Origin: Acidimicrobiia bacterium
GTDB lineage: Bacteria; Actinomycetota; Acidimicrobiia; IMCC26256; PALSA-610
Assembly (NCBI GenBank): GCA_038239145.1
Contig: JBBSFB010000002.1
Span: 4,456 to 68,455 of the forward strand
Reading direction: 5' to 3'
Length of the DNA: 64,000 bases
Shown here: positions 17,390 to 26,692 of the stretch, in pieces
How the letters are laid out: each line of letters opens with the position of its first letter
Position numbering within the stretch: position 1 is the stretch's first letter
Program-made: the position numbers and the translations under genes
Notes under the pieces: generated by a model
Told to the model about the DNA's origin: nothing
Databases searched by the model: none
The model's input: the letters and a program-made list of their open reading frames with translations, nothing else

Positions 17390-18789
17390 ATCTCAACGAC
17401 CTGCTGCGGCTACTCCGGCGTTTCCGGTACCTCGCCATCGTCGTCATCCTCGTGGTGATGGCGATCGGTGTCGGCGTCGCGCTCAGTTCGCCCAACCGCT
17501 ACTCGTCGACCGCCACCGTGGTGGCCGACCCGACGGTCACCGGCGGCCAGGTCGGCAACGTCCAGAACATCGACTTCCTGATCCCGCAATACCTCGCGCA
17601 CCTCGACTCGGCCAAGTTCCAGAACCAGGCGCAGGCCACCGTCCCCGAGAACCTGCGCAGCGCGCCGATCACGATCGTCACCACCGGCCAGGCCGGCACC
17701 GGCATCATCGACATCCACGTCACGAGCACGACGCGTGACGCGGTCGCGCCTTGGGCCAACGCGTTGGCGAACACACTCGTCCTGACCTCGGACAAACGGT
17801 TCGCCGTGCTCAGCCTCATCGACGAGCCCAAGACCCCGGCGACACCGTACGCGCCGAACCGGACGTTCATCCTCGGCATCTCCGCAGTGATCGCGCTCTT
17901 CACCGCGATCATCGTCGTCATGCTCGCCGCGGTGCTGCGGGCCCGTCGCGACGGTGCCGCCGAGATCCGCGAGCGTTTCGGTATCCGCGTGCTCGCCGAG
18001 ATACCGACCCTCCCCCGCCGGATAGCGACGCTCGAACCACAAGAGCTCGCGATCAACGCACGCGCGCTGCCGGTCGTCGACGCGTTGCAGACCTTGCGCG
18101 CGAGCGTGTCGTATCTCCTCACCGACAAGCCGAACCCATGGATCGCGGTTGCGTCCGCGCGCGGTCGTGAAGGGAAGTCGTTCGTCGCCGTCCACCTCTC
18201 CTGGTTGTTCGGCGCCATGGAGAAGGAAACGCTCCTGCTCGACGCGAATGCCCGCAATCCCACGGCGAACCAACTCCTCGGGCTTGCGTCCGCACCCGGA
18301 ATCGAAGAGCTCGACGCGTCGAATCTCGGCTCGGTGATGCAACGCACCGCGCGTGAGCACCTCGGTTTCATCGGTGCCGGCCGACCCGACCGCCACCCGG
18401 CCGAAGTGGCGAGCGCGCACTTCCCGAACCTGTTGAAGCAGATCGACGGCCATGAGGTCACCCTCGTCGTCGATACGCCCGCGATGTCGGGCGCTGCGGA
18501 AACCGTCATCTACGCGGCCGGCTGCGGCGCGGTGCTCCTCGTGATCGACGCGCGCCGCCGTGACTTCGCCGACGTCGAGCAGATGTTGTTGACGCTCAAC
18601 GATCGCCGGATCGAAGTGCTCGGCGTGGTGATCAACCGTGCCCGCCGCGCGTCGTGGACGCAACGCCTCTCGTTGCGCCGAACGGTTCCGGGCCCGAACG
18701 CGGCGCCGGCGTTCCCGACGTGGCCGGCGAACGGGCCGGGCCCCAGCGGCTCCGACGCGCCGTCAGACCTCGTCCGCACGAACATCTGA
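17386..18789 (+). CDS. Wzc-like polysaccharide co-polymerase / tyrosine autokinase-like protein
   Basis: Wzz-type N-terminus with two TMs, Walker A SARGREGKS, LLLDAN, VVDTP, GVVINR. GTGA overlap with galT. Confidence 0.85.
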   Translation: MNLNDLLRLLRRFRYLAIVVILVVMAIGVGVALSSPNRYSSTATVVADPTVTGGQVGNVQNIDFLIPQYLAHLDSAKFQNQAQATVPENLRSAPITIVTTGQAGTGIIDIHVTSTTRDAVAPWANALANTLVLTSDKRFAVLSLIDEPKTPATPYAPNRTFILGISAVIALFTAIIVVMLAAVLRARRDGAAEIRERFGIRVLAEIPTLPRRIATLEPQELAINARALPVVDALQTLRASVSYLLTDKPNPWIAVASARGREGKSFVAVHLSWLFGAMEKETLLLDANARNPTANQLLGLASAPGIEELDASNLGSVMQRTAREHLGFIGAGRPDRHPAEVASAHFPNLLKQIDGHEVTLVVDTPAMSGAAETVIYAAGCGAVLLVIDARRRDFADVEQMLLTLNDRRIEVLGVVINRARRASWTQRLSLRRTVPGPNAAPAFPTWPANGPGPSGSDAPSDLVRTNI

Positions 18790-19032
18790 CACCGCGTCCG
18801 CAGGCCCCGGGCCGGATCCGAGCGATTCCGACGGGGCCGGCCACGCGATAGCCGCCCGCCATTTCATCTGCGCCCGGCCCTCACTATCCTGGGCCCCGGG
18901 AGGGGTCGACGGCACGCAGGGTCACCTGACCGCGAGATCGACGGCAACCGTGCCGCCGTCTCTCGGCCTGTGGTCCGCGATCGTCGAGTTGGGGGAAGTG
19001 GCGAGAACGATGAGAACGCGCGTCGGACGGCG

Positions 19033-19758
19033 ATGAGTACGACTTCACGCTCACCCAACGACCATGAAAAGTCGGTCGGCTTCGGCTGGCTCTCGCGGGG
19101 CGACGAACCGGGAGCCAGAGCCCAGCGCGAGGCGCAACTCGCCACCGCGGCCGCCACCACTCGCTCCGAACCGCCCGCCGCAAGCCCGCGCGCAGAAGCT
19201 GCTCCGGTCGACCCGGCGGTTTTGCAGCCGCGGCGCAACCCGGTCGCGACCCCGCCGGTACCGACCCGGGCGCCGGCGCCGAGTCGCATCGATCCCACCT
19301 CGATGCAGACGGTCATCAACTTCGGGCTCGTCGCCCTCTTGTGCATCGTCGGAGTAGTGGTCACATTCGAGGCCGTGAAGGCACTGCACGGATCGACCCC
19401 GTCGAGCTCGCTGCGCACCGACGTCAGCCCGGCGACGCCGGCCCCCACGTCGGCGCCGCACACGAAGCCCCCGGTGAAAGCCGCCGCTCCGGTGACGGCG
19501 ACGACGGCGCGTGTCCCCGTGACGACGCCCGTTACCTCGCCGGCCCCGACGACTCCACAGACCGCGCCGCGCCAGATCACCCGGTCGACGACTCCGCCGC
19601 GGACCACCCCGCCCGCCACTGCGCCCGCGGTCCACATCCTTTCGACGCCCACCACCATTCCCAGCCAGTCCGTCGCGGTTCCTTCGAGCCCCACCACCGC
19701 ACCGGCGGGCCCGACCGGCCCGACCGGGATCGTCGTTCCCGTCGGCCAAACCCCTTGA
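19033..19758 (+). CDS. Hypothetical single-pass membrane protein with Pro/Thr-rich extracellular stalk
   Basis: TM VINFGLVALLCIVGVVVTF followed by P/T-rich repeats. Lies directly upstream of the FN3 gene. Confidence 0.6.
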   Translation: MSTTSRSPNDHEKSVGFGWLSRGDEPGARAQREAQLATAAATTRSEPPAASPRAEAAPVDPAVLQPRRNPVATPPVPTRAPAPSRIDPTSMQTVINFGLVALLCIVGVVVTFEAVKALHGSTPSSSLRTDVSPATPAPTSAPHTKPPVKAAAPVTATTARVPVTTPVTSPAPTTPQTAPRQITRSTTPPRTTPPATAPAVHILSTPTTIPSQSVAVPSSPTTAPAGPTGPTGIVVPVGQTP

Positions 19759-19768
19759 ACGTGAGCAG

Positions 19769-22345
19769 ATGAACACCAAACCCGATCGCTCGTTCCTCTC
19801 GCGGCCCGTAGTGCGAGCACGCGTCCTCGTCGCCGTGACTGCCGTGACGGCGCTCGTCGGCGTCATCGTCGTGGCCCCCGCCGCGTTCGCCGCCGCGCCC
19901 GGCGCGCCTGCTCAGCCGGTCGCGACGGCCGCCGACGGTCAGATCTCGGTGGCATTCACCGCGCCCGTCGGCGCGACCGGGTTCGCGGCGAGCTGCCCGT
20001 CGTCCGACGGTGGTACAGCGGGATCGGTCACCGGCGCAGCATCCCCGCTCGTGGTCACCAGCGTCACCAATGGCAAGACCTACACCTGCACGGTTACCGC
20101 CTCGAACACCACCGACGGCTCCGGGCCACCTTCGCCCGCGTCGAACGCGGTGATACCGAGCGGCCTCCCCGGAACGCCGGACCCGCCGACCGCGACCGCC
20201 GGAGACGGTCGGATCGTGGTGGCTTTCACTCCCCCTCCCGACAATGGACGTCCGATCTCCAAAGTCCTAGCGACCTGTACGTCCCAAGCAGACGGATCGC
20301 TCACAAGCAATCCGGGCACGGCGTCACCGATCACCGTCGTCCCATTGACCAATGGTGTGACGTACGCGTGCACGGTCACGGCGACCAACGCGAACGGCGA
20401 CGGACCGACGTCGGGCGCTTCGAACGCGGTCACGCCGGTGGCGGCGACCTCGGTTCCGACCGCGCCCCGCAACGTCTCGGTAAACGCCTCCGACTCGCAG
20501 ATCCTCGTCAGCTTCGCGGCGCCGCTCTCCGACGGCGGCAGCGCCATCAACGGCTACACGGCCGGTTGCACGTCCTCGAACGGCGGGTCCCAGGGACTCG
20601 GTTCCGGCGGAGGCTCCCCAATCACGGTCGGCGGTCTGGACGACGGGAAGTCGTACACGTGCACCGTGGTCGCGACGAACGGCGTCGGCAACGGCGCGAC
20701 CTCGACGCCGTCGGCGTCCGTGATCCCGAAGGGTGTGCCCGCGGCCCCGGCCAAGCCGACGGTCGTCGGGAGTGACAGCAGCATTAGCGTCACCTTCGTG
20801 GCTCCGTTCAACGGCGGAACCCCGATCACGAGTTACACGGCGACATGCACCTCGTTCGACAGCGGTGTCAGCACCAGCCGGTCGGCCGCGACCGTGACGC
20901 CGATCGTCATCCCGGGCCTCAACAACGGCGTGACGTACGGCTGCAGCGTGACCGCCCGGAACGCCGTCGGCGCCAGTGACTCGTCGCCCTCCTCCGACTC
21001 CGTCGTTCCCGACCGCGGCCCGGACTCCCCCGCGACGCCGGCCGTGTCGGCCGCAAACGCGCAGATCCGGGTCGGCTTCACCGCACCAAGCAACGGCGGC
21101 AGCCCGATCACCGGGTACACGGCGCGATGCGCACCAGCGAACGGCGGGGCGATCAACACCGCGTCGGCCGGCGGCTCGGCGGCGTCGATTGTCGTCACCC
21201 ACCTCTCCAACGGCCGCACCTACCGGTGCACGGTGCTCGCGACCAACGTCAAAGGCAGCAGCCTTCCGTCTCCGGCATCGGCTCCGGTCGTCCCGAGCAC
21301 CGTGCCGGGCATACCCGCGGCACCGGGAGTCACCGCCGACAACGCATCGGTCAACGTTTCGTTCCGGGCACCCGCCAACGGCGGTAGCGCGATCACCAGC
21401 TACGTCGCCGGGTGCAGCTCCTCGAACGGCGGCCGGTCGGGTTCCCGCGCGGGCACGACCTCGCCGCTCAACGTCGCCGGCCTGACCAACGCCAAGAGTT
21501 ACCGCTGCTTCGTCACCGCTCGCAACGTTCGTGGTTCGGGCGCGCGTTCCGCCCTCTCGGCCGCAGTGTCGCCCTCCGATCTCATCACGATCCAATCGAC
21601 GCAGCGAGGCTTCCGCCTCTTCGGCGGTGACGGCGGAGTCTTCACGTTCGGCGTCGACCGGAGCTTCGGCTCGGCGTCGGGCGTTGCGACCCACGAGGTC
21701 GTCGGCATGGCGTCCACGCCCGACACCAAGGGGTACTGGCTCGTCGCCACCGACGGCGGCATCTTCAGCTTCGGCAACGCGCACTTCTGGGGCTCGACCG
21801 GCGCAATCCGGCTCAATCAACCGATCGTCGGCATGACCCCGACACCCACCGGCCACGGCTACTGGCTCGTCGCCAGCGACGGTGGGATCTTCGCGTACGG
21901 CGACGCGCACTTCTGGGGCTCGACTGGCGCAATCCGGCTCAATCAACCGATCGTCGGCATGGCGTCGACTCCGACCGGTCACGGCTACTGGCTCGTCGCC
22001 AGCGACGGTGGGATCTTCGCGTTCGGCGACGCGCGCTTCCACGGCGCACCGACCGGATCGACGCATTCCGCAGTGGTCGGCATGGCCACCACGAGCAGAG
22101 GTGGCGGCTACTGGATCGCAGCCGCCGACGGCTCCGTCTACAACTTCGGTGACGCGCCCGCACTCGGCGGCGTCACCATCCGGGCCACTCGCCTGCCGCT
22201 GCGCGGCATCGCGAGCACACCGAGCGGACACGGGTATTGGCTCGCGGCCGGAGACGGTGGCGTGTTCACGTTCGGCGACGCGCCGTTCATCGGTTGGCCC
22301 GGGCCGCTCGTGCTCCGGGCGCAGATCCAGGGAGTGAGCCGGTAA
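19769..22345 (+). CDS. Secreted fibronectin type III repeat protein with six C-terminal GYWLVASDGG repeats
   Basis: Signal peptide, six FN3 units (V.F.AP..GGS.IT.Y..C..L.NG..Y.C.V.A.N), six ~42-aa repeats. Confidence 0.85.
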   Translation: MNTKPDRSFLSRPVVRARVLVAVTAVTALVGVIVVAPAAFAAAPGAPAQPVATAADGQISVAFTAPVGATGFAASCPSSDGGTAGSVTGAASPLVVTSVTNGKTYTCTVTASNTTDGSGPPSPASNAVIPSGLPGTPDPPTATAGDGRIVVAFTPPPDNGRPISKVLATCTSQADGSLTSNPGTASPITVVPLTNGVTYACTVTATNANGDGPTSGASNAVTPVAATSVPTAPRNVSVNASDSQILVSFAAPLSDGGSAINGYTAGCTSSNGGSQGLGSGGGSPITVGGLDDGKSYTCTVVATNGVGNGATSTPSASVIPKGVPAAPAKPTVVGSDSSISVTFVAPFNGGTPITSYTATCTSFDSGVSTSRSAATVTPIVIPGLNNGVTYGCSVTARNAVGASDSSPSSDSVVPDRGPDSPATPAVSAANAQIRVGFTAPSNGGSPITGYTARCAPANGGAINTASAGGSAASIVVTHLSNGRTYRCTVLATNVKGSSLPSPASAPVVPSTVPGIPAAPGVTADNASVNVSFRAPANGGSAITSYVAGCSSSNGGRSGSRAGTTSPLNVAGLTNAKSYRCFVTARNVRGSGARSALSAAVSPSDLITIQSTQRGFRLFGGDGGVFTFGVDRSFGSASGVATHEVVGMASTPDTKGYWLVATDGGIFSFGNAHFWGSTGAIRLNQPIVGMTPTPTGHGYWLVASDGGIFAYGDAHFWGSTGAIRLNQPIVGMASTPTGHGYWLVASDGGIFAFGDARFHGAPTGSTHSAVVGMATTSRGGGYWIAAADGSVYNFGDAPALGGVTIRATRLPLRGIASTPSGHGYWLAAGDGGVFTFGDAPFIGWPGPLVLRAQIQGVSR

Positions 22346-22396
22346 CAGGACGGCCGCTAGAGTCACCGTCCGACCACCCACCGCCGGGAGCTTTCG

Positions 22397-23812
22397 ATGA
22401 CCGTCCGAGTGCTGGGCGTTGGCGCCGCAACCCCTTCGTTGCGACTCGCCGCGTCCGAGGTAGGCGCGGCATGGGGCCGCAAGGGCCGAGGCCGGTTCGC
22501 GGTGTGCGCACCCGACGAGGACACGCTCACGCTCGCCTGGCAGGCCGCGACCCGCGCGCTCGACGCGGCGGGCGTCGACGCTGCCGACATCGACGGCCTG
22601 TTCTGGGGCACGAGCCGGCCGCCGTTCGCAGAGGGGCCGAGCTTCGCGTTCCTCGCTTCCGCGCTCAGCTGCGGACCGACGATCTCGGGCTCGCTCAGCG
22701 CGGGTTGCGCGCACGCCGGAATGGAGGCGCTCGCCGCCGGCATCGACGCAGTCGGCGCCGGATCGGTGCGTACTGCGCTCGTCATCGCATCGGATGCGGT
22801 ACGCCCCGGTCCGGGGACGGGCTTCGAGGCGAGGTGCGGCGCCGGTGCCGCCGCGTTCGTCCTCTCCGCCGATGGCGCCGGAACCGCCACGATCGGCACC
22901 CGCGTCTCCCGGACCCGACCGTTCCTCGACCGGTACCGCGGCGACGGCGAGATCGACAATCGTGACCTCTACGACGGTCGCCTCTTTCGGGAAGAGATCT
23001 TCTTGCCCGTCGTCACCGACGTCGTCACTGAAGTCGTCGCCGCGGCCCCGGCATCGTCTGGCATCCGGGCGTGGTCACTCCCCGATCCCGACGGCCGGCT
23101 CGGCGCCACCGTCGCCAAGCGCGCCGGTGCCACCGAAGTCCCGTCGGCCGACGTGTACACAGCCGCGGGCGACACCGGCGCCGCTGCGGCGATGTTCGGC
23201 GGCGCCATCGCGCTGGCCGCAGCGGGCGCCGTCGCCATCGTCGGGACCGGAGGCGGACGCACCACCGGAATCCTCATCGAGGTCGAGTCGCCGGTTCCCG
23301 GTGCCGACCGCGTCGCCGACGCGCTCGGGGGCGGCCGCGACGCGAGCTATGCCGAGGTGCTCCGGTCGCGCGGCCAGCTCACCCCGGTCGGCGAGACGAT
23401 CCCGATGGGCGTGCCGCCCGAGAGCGCGATGTTCGTCCGGGGCGCCGACGAGATGCTCGGCCTGCTCGGCGGTCGCTGCGTCGACTGCGGCACGATCAAC
23501 ACGCCGCCTTCCATCCACCCGCACTGCATCAACTGCGGCGGTCCCAAGTTGGAGCCGGTCGCCCTCGCCCGCACGGGCGTCATCCACACGTTCGTCGTCA
23601 ACCAGACCATGCCGGCACCTTTCGTCGCACCGTTGCCGATCGCAGTGCTCGACATGGCCGACGGCGCCCGTTTGATGTTGCAGGCCATCGGCGACGGCAC
23701 CGACATCGAGATCGGCCGCACCGTCGATCTCGTGCTGCGGAAATATGCGCACGAGCGCGGTGTTCCCGTCTACGGATTCAAGGCCCGCGTCCGGAAAGAG
23801 GATGCCCAATGA
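22397..23812 (+). CDS. HMG-CoA synthase/KAS III-like domain fused to DUF35 Zn-ribbon/OB-fold
   Basis: PDEDTLTLA, ALVIASD, GAGAAA, GDTGAA. C-terminal CVDCG..CINCG and OB-fold ending YGFKAR. Confidence 0.85.
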   Translation: MTVRVLGVGAATPSLRLAASEVGAAWGRKGRGRFAVCAPDEDTLTLAWQAATRALDAAGVDAADIDGLFWGTSRPPFAEGPSFAFLASALSCGPTISGSLSAGCAHAGMEALAAGIDAVGAGSVRTALVIASDAVRPGPGTGFEARCGAGAAAFVLSADGAGTATIGTRVSRTRPFLDRYRGDGEIDNRDLYDGRLFREEIFLPVVTDVVTEVVAAAPASSGIRAWSLPDPDGRLGATVAKRAGATEVPSADVYTAAGDTGAAAAMFGGAIALAAAGAVAIVGTGGGRTTGILIEVESPVPGADRVADALGGGRDASYAEVLRSRGQLTPVGETIPMGVPPESAMFVRGADEMLGLLGGRCVDCGTINTPPSIHPHCINCGGPKLEPVALARTGVIHTFVVNQTMPAPFVAPLPIAVLDMADGARLMLQAIGDGTDIEIGRTVDLVLRKYAHERGVPVYGFKARVRKEDAQ

Positions 23813-23825
23813 GCTTGGACAAGTC

Positions 23826-25010
23826 GTGAGTTGGAACCGAGTCGCCGTCGTCGGTGCCGGCCTCATCAAGATGGGCGAACTGTTCGAGCAGAGCTACGAA
23901 CAGATGGCGGCCGGTGCGTTCGAGGCCGCGGTCGGCAGCGTCGACAAGGGCTTCGAACCGAGTCAGGTCGAAGCCGCGTTCGTTGCCACCCAACGAGGCA
24001 CGCTCTGGGGGCAAGAGGGCATCGGCGGCAACACCGTGCCGAGCGCGATCGGTCTTGCGGGCATCCCCTGCACGCGGATCGAGAACGCGTGCCCGTCGGG
24101 TTCCGACGCGTTCCGCGTCGGCGCGATGGCCGTCGCCAGCGGCGTGCACGACGTCGTGCTCGTGATCGGCGTCGAGAAGATGCGCGACAAGTCGTCGGAG
24201 GAAGGGCTCCTGTCGCGTGCGGCGGCCGGCCATCCCATCTTTACCCGAGGCGAGACCGCGCCCGTGTTGTTCGCACCGTTCGCGACGCGGCACATGCACG
24301 AGTTCGGGACGACCCGCGAGATGCTTGCGTCGGTCGCGGTCAAGAACCACTACAACGGAGCGCGCGATCCGTACGCGCACTTCCAGAACGAGATCACCGT
24401 CGACGACGTCTTGAAGTCGGCGCCCGTGTGTCATCCGCTGCACCTGCTCGACTGCTGCCCGCAGACCGACGGAGCCGCGGCCGTGTTGCTCGTGAGCGCG
24501 GAGCGGGCCCGCGAGTTCACCGACAAGCCGGTCTACGTCGCCGGCTTCGGCGTGGCAACCGATCATCCCTACCTGCACGAGAAGGACAGCTTCACCGAGA
24601 TCAAGGTCACGCGGATGGCCTCGCAGCGTGCGTACGCGATGGCCGGCATCGGACCGAGCGACATCGACTGCGCGGAAGTGCACGACTGCTTCACGATCAC
24701 CGAGATCCTCGATATCGAGGATCTGGGCTTCTTCGAGAAGGGCGACGGCGGGCGGGCGAGCCTCGAAGGCGAGACCGCGCTGACCGGACGGATCCCGGTG
24801 AACACGAGCGGCGGCCTGCTCGCGAAGGGCCATCCGATCGGAGCGACGGGAGTCGCCCAGATCACCGAGTGTTGGTGGCAGCTCCGGGGTGAGGCGGGCG
24901 AACGACAGATCGAGACCCGGAACGGTTACGCGCTGCAGCACAACGCCGGCGGCCGCGGTTCGGGCGTCGCCGTCGTCAACATCCTGACGACCCGGAACAA
25001 CGGCTCGTGA
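23826..25010 (+). CDS. Thiolase (SCP2/SCP-x type)
   Basis: ENACPSG catalytic Cys, GVEKM, EVHDCF, GHPIGATG, HNAGG. Start may be 23802. Confidence 0.9.
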   Translation: MSWNRVAVVGAGLIKMGELFEQSYEQMAAGAFEAAVGSVDKGFEPSQVEAAFVATQRGTLWGQEGIGGNTVPSAIGLAGIPCTRIENACPSGSDAFRVGAMAVASGVHDVVLVIGVEKMRDKSSEEGLLSRAAAGHPIFTRGETAPVLFAPFATRHMHEFGTTREMLASVAVKNHYNGARDPYAHFQNEITVDDVLKSAPVCHPLHLLDCCPQTDGAAAVLLVSAERAREFTDKPVYVAGFGVATDHPYLHEKDSFTEIKVTRMASQRAYAMAGIGPSDIDCAEVHDCFTITEILDIEDLGFFEKGDGGRASLEGETALTGRIPVNTSGGLLAKGHPIGATGVAQITECWWQLRGEAGERQIETRNGYALQHNAGGRGSGVAVVNILTTRNNGS

Positions 25011-25816
25011 CCCAGACCGACCTCCGGGTCGAGGTCGACGTCGACGGCGTCGGTCAGATCATTCTCGACCGCCCCGAAGCGAAGAACGCGCTCACCGTCG
25101 GCATGCGCGACGGCATCGTCGACGCGGTGCGATCGTTCCGCAGCGACCCGAAGGTGCGGGCCGTGCTCATCACCGGCGCGGGCGACGCATTCTGCGCGGG
25201 CATGGACCTGTCGGCGTCGACCGTCTCCCAGGCGGGGAAGCCCGGTTTCAATCCCCGCACGACCTCCGAGGCGCTACGCGTCGGTGTGCAGGCGTTCATT
25301 CGCGAGCTGTGGGAGCTCGACAAGCCGACGATCGCCGCGGTCAACGGCGCGGCGGTCGGCCCCGGCGCGCACCTCGCGCTCGCGTGCGACTTCGTGCTGG
25401 TCCACCCGCGCACGAGGTTCATGTGGTCGTTCGCGAAGTGGGGCCTCGTCGCCGATGCCGGCGGCGCTTATCTGCTCCCCCGCCTCGTCGGGCTACCCAA
25501 GGCGAAGGCCATGATCATGCTCGGCGAAGGCGCGGTCGGGCAGGAGGCCGTCGACCTCGGCCTCGCGTACCGCTGCGTCGACGATCCAACCGCGTTGGTG
25601 GGTGAGGCGCTCGCCATTGCTCGCAAGCTCGCGGCGGGACCGACGCGCTCCCTCGGCCTCTCCAAGCGCCTGCTCAACGCGTCGTTCGAGACCGATCTCG
25701 TGCACTCGCTCGAGCTCGAACGGCATTTCCAGGCGATCGCCACTGCGTCGCCGGATCTTGTCGAAGGCATGGCTGCGTTTCGCGACAAGCGCGACGCGAA
25801 GTTCACGGGCGAGTGA
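25007..25816 (+). CDS. Enoyl-CoA hydratase/isomerase family protein
   Basis: LDRPEAKNAL, AFCAGMDL, KPTIAAVNG, EGMAAFRDKR. Confidence 0.9.
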   Translation: MTQTDLRVEVDVDGVGQIILDRPEAKNALTVGMRDGIVDAVRSFRSDPKVRAVLITGAGDAFCAGMDLSASTVSQAGKPGFNPRTTSEALRVGVQAFIRELWELDKPTIAAVNGAAVGPGAHLALACDFVLVHPRTRFMWSFAKWGLVADAGGAYLLPRLVGLPKAKAMIMLGEGAVGQEAVDLGLAYRCVDDPTALVGEALAIARKLAAGPTRSLGLSKRLLNASFETDLVHSLELERHFQAIATASPDLVEGMAAFRDKRDAKFTGE

Positions 25817-26271
25817 CCGCACCCGACGACGTTCCCCTGGAGCGCATCCAGCGCGTCGCCGCGTACAACGTGTGCGTCGACGCATCGGACCGGTTGCTGC
25901 TCTGCCGGCTGTCTGATATCACCGAAGCGCCGGGCGCGTGGACGTTGCCCGGCGGCGGCGTCGAGTTCGGCGAGCATCCGGAGACGGCAGCGATACGCGA
26001 GCTGCGCGAGGAGACGGGTCTGACGGGCCACATCGAGGAGCTGCTCGCCGTCGACTCCATGCACCGACCCGTCCGCGCCGGCGAGCACGTCGCCGAGTAC
26101 CACAGCATTCGCATCATTTACCGGACGACCGTCGAGCGGGGCGAGGTGGTGCACGAGGTCGGCAATTCGACCGACCGGGCCGCCTGGTGGAGCCGCGAGG
26201 AGCTGGTGACGTTGCCGCTCGTCGCGACCGGCGAGCTCGGCGTGCGCTTGGCATACGGTGAGCGCCGATGA
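25813..26271 (+). CDS. NUDIX hydrolase
   Basis: Nudix box GGGVEFGEHPETAAIRELREETG. Confidence 0.9.
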   Translation: MTAPDDVPLERIQRVAAYNVCVDASDRLLLCRLSDITEAPGAWTLPGGGVEFGEHPETAAIRELREETGLTGHIEELLAVDSMHRPVRAGEHVAEYHSIRIIYRTTVERGEVVHEVGNSTDRAAWWSREELVTLPLVATGELGVRLAYGERR

Positions 26272-26636
26272 AGACGCGCATCCCGATCAAGTATTCGAAG
26301 GTGTGGTCGTGGCTGCTCACGAGCATGCTCCTGCCCCGGAACCTCGCCTACGTCGAGATCGACGGCGACACGATTCGCGTGCGCATGGCGTGGGCGTTCC
26401 GGGTCAAGTTCACGCGGGGCGACATCAGCACGGTCGACAAACACCGCCCGGTGGTGAGCATCGGCGTCCACGGATGGCGAGGCCGCTGGCTGATCAATGG
26501 CGCGAACCGCCCGATCGCCAGCGTGACGCTCGCCCTGCCCGCCCGCGCCCGCGTCGTCGGGTTTCCCGTGCATCTGCGTGAGCTACTGGTCAGCGTCGAC
26601 GACGTTGCCGAGCTGCGCCGCGCGCTCCTAACCTGA
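26268..26636 (+). CDS. Hypothetical protein (PH-like small actinobacterial family)
   Basis: ATGA coupling to the NUDIX gene. VRMAWAF, IGVHGWRGRWLING, LLVSVDD. Confidence 0.7.
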   Translation: MKTRIPIKYSKVWSWLLTSMLLPRNLAYVEIDGDTIRVRMAWAFRVKFTRGDISTVDKHRPVVSIGVHGWRGRWLINGANRPIASVTLALPARARVVGFPVHLRELLVSVDDVAELRRALLT

Positions 26637-26648
26637 CGCCCGCGTCAG
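26633..26648. promoter_or_regulatory. Palindromic operator CTGACG-N4-CGTCAG (site 1)
   Basis: Perfect; overlaps a TAACCT -10 box upstream of the SDR gene. Confidence 0.75.
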
Positions 26649-26692
26649 TTCTTTCGCATCAATCACACCACACTGGTCACCAGGGAGTTCTC

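Noticed and set aside
20324-22714. 796-aa antisense ORF and many similar minus-strand ORFs
   Set aside because: Antisense shadows of well-supported genes.
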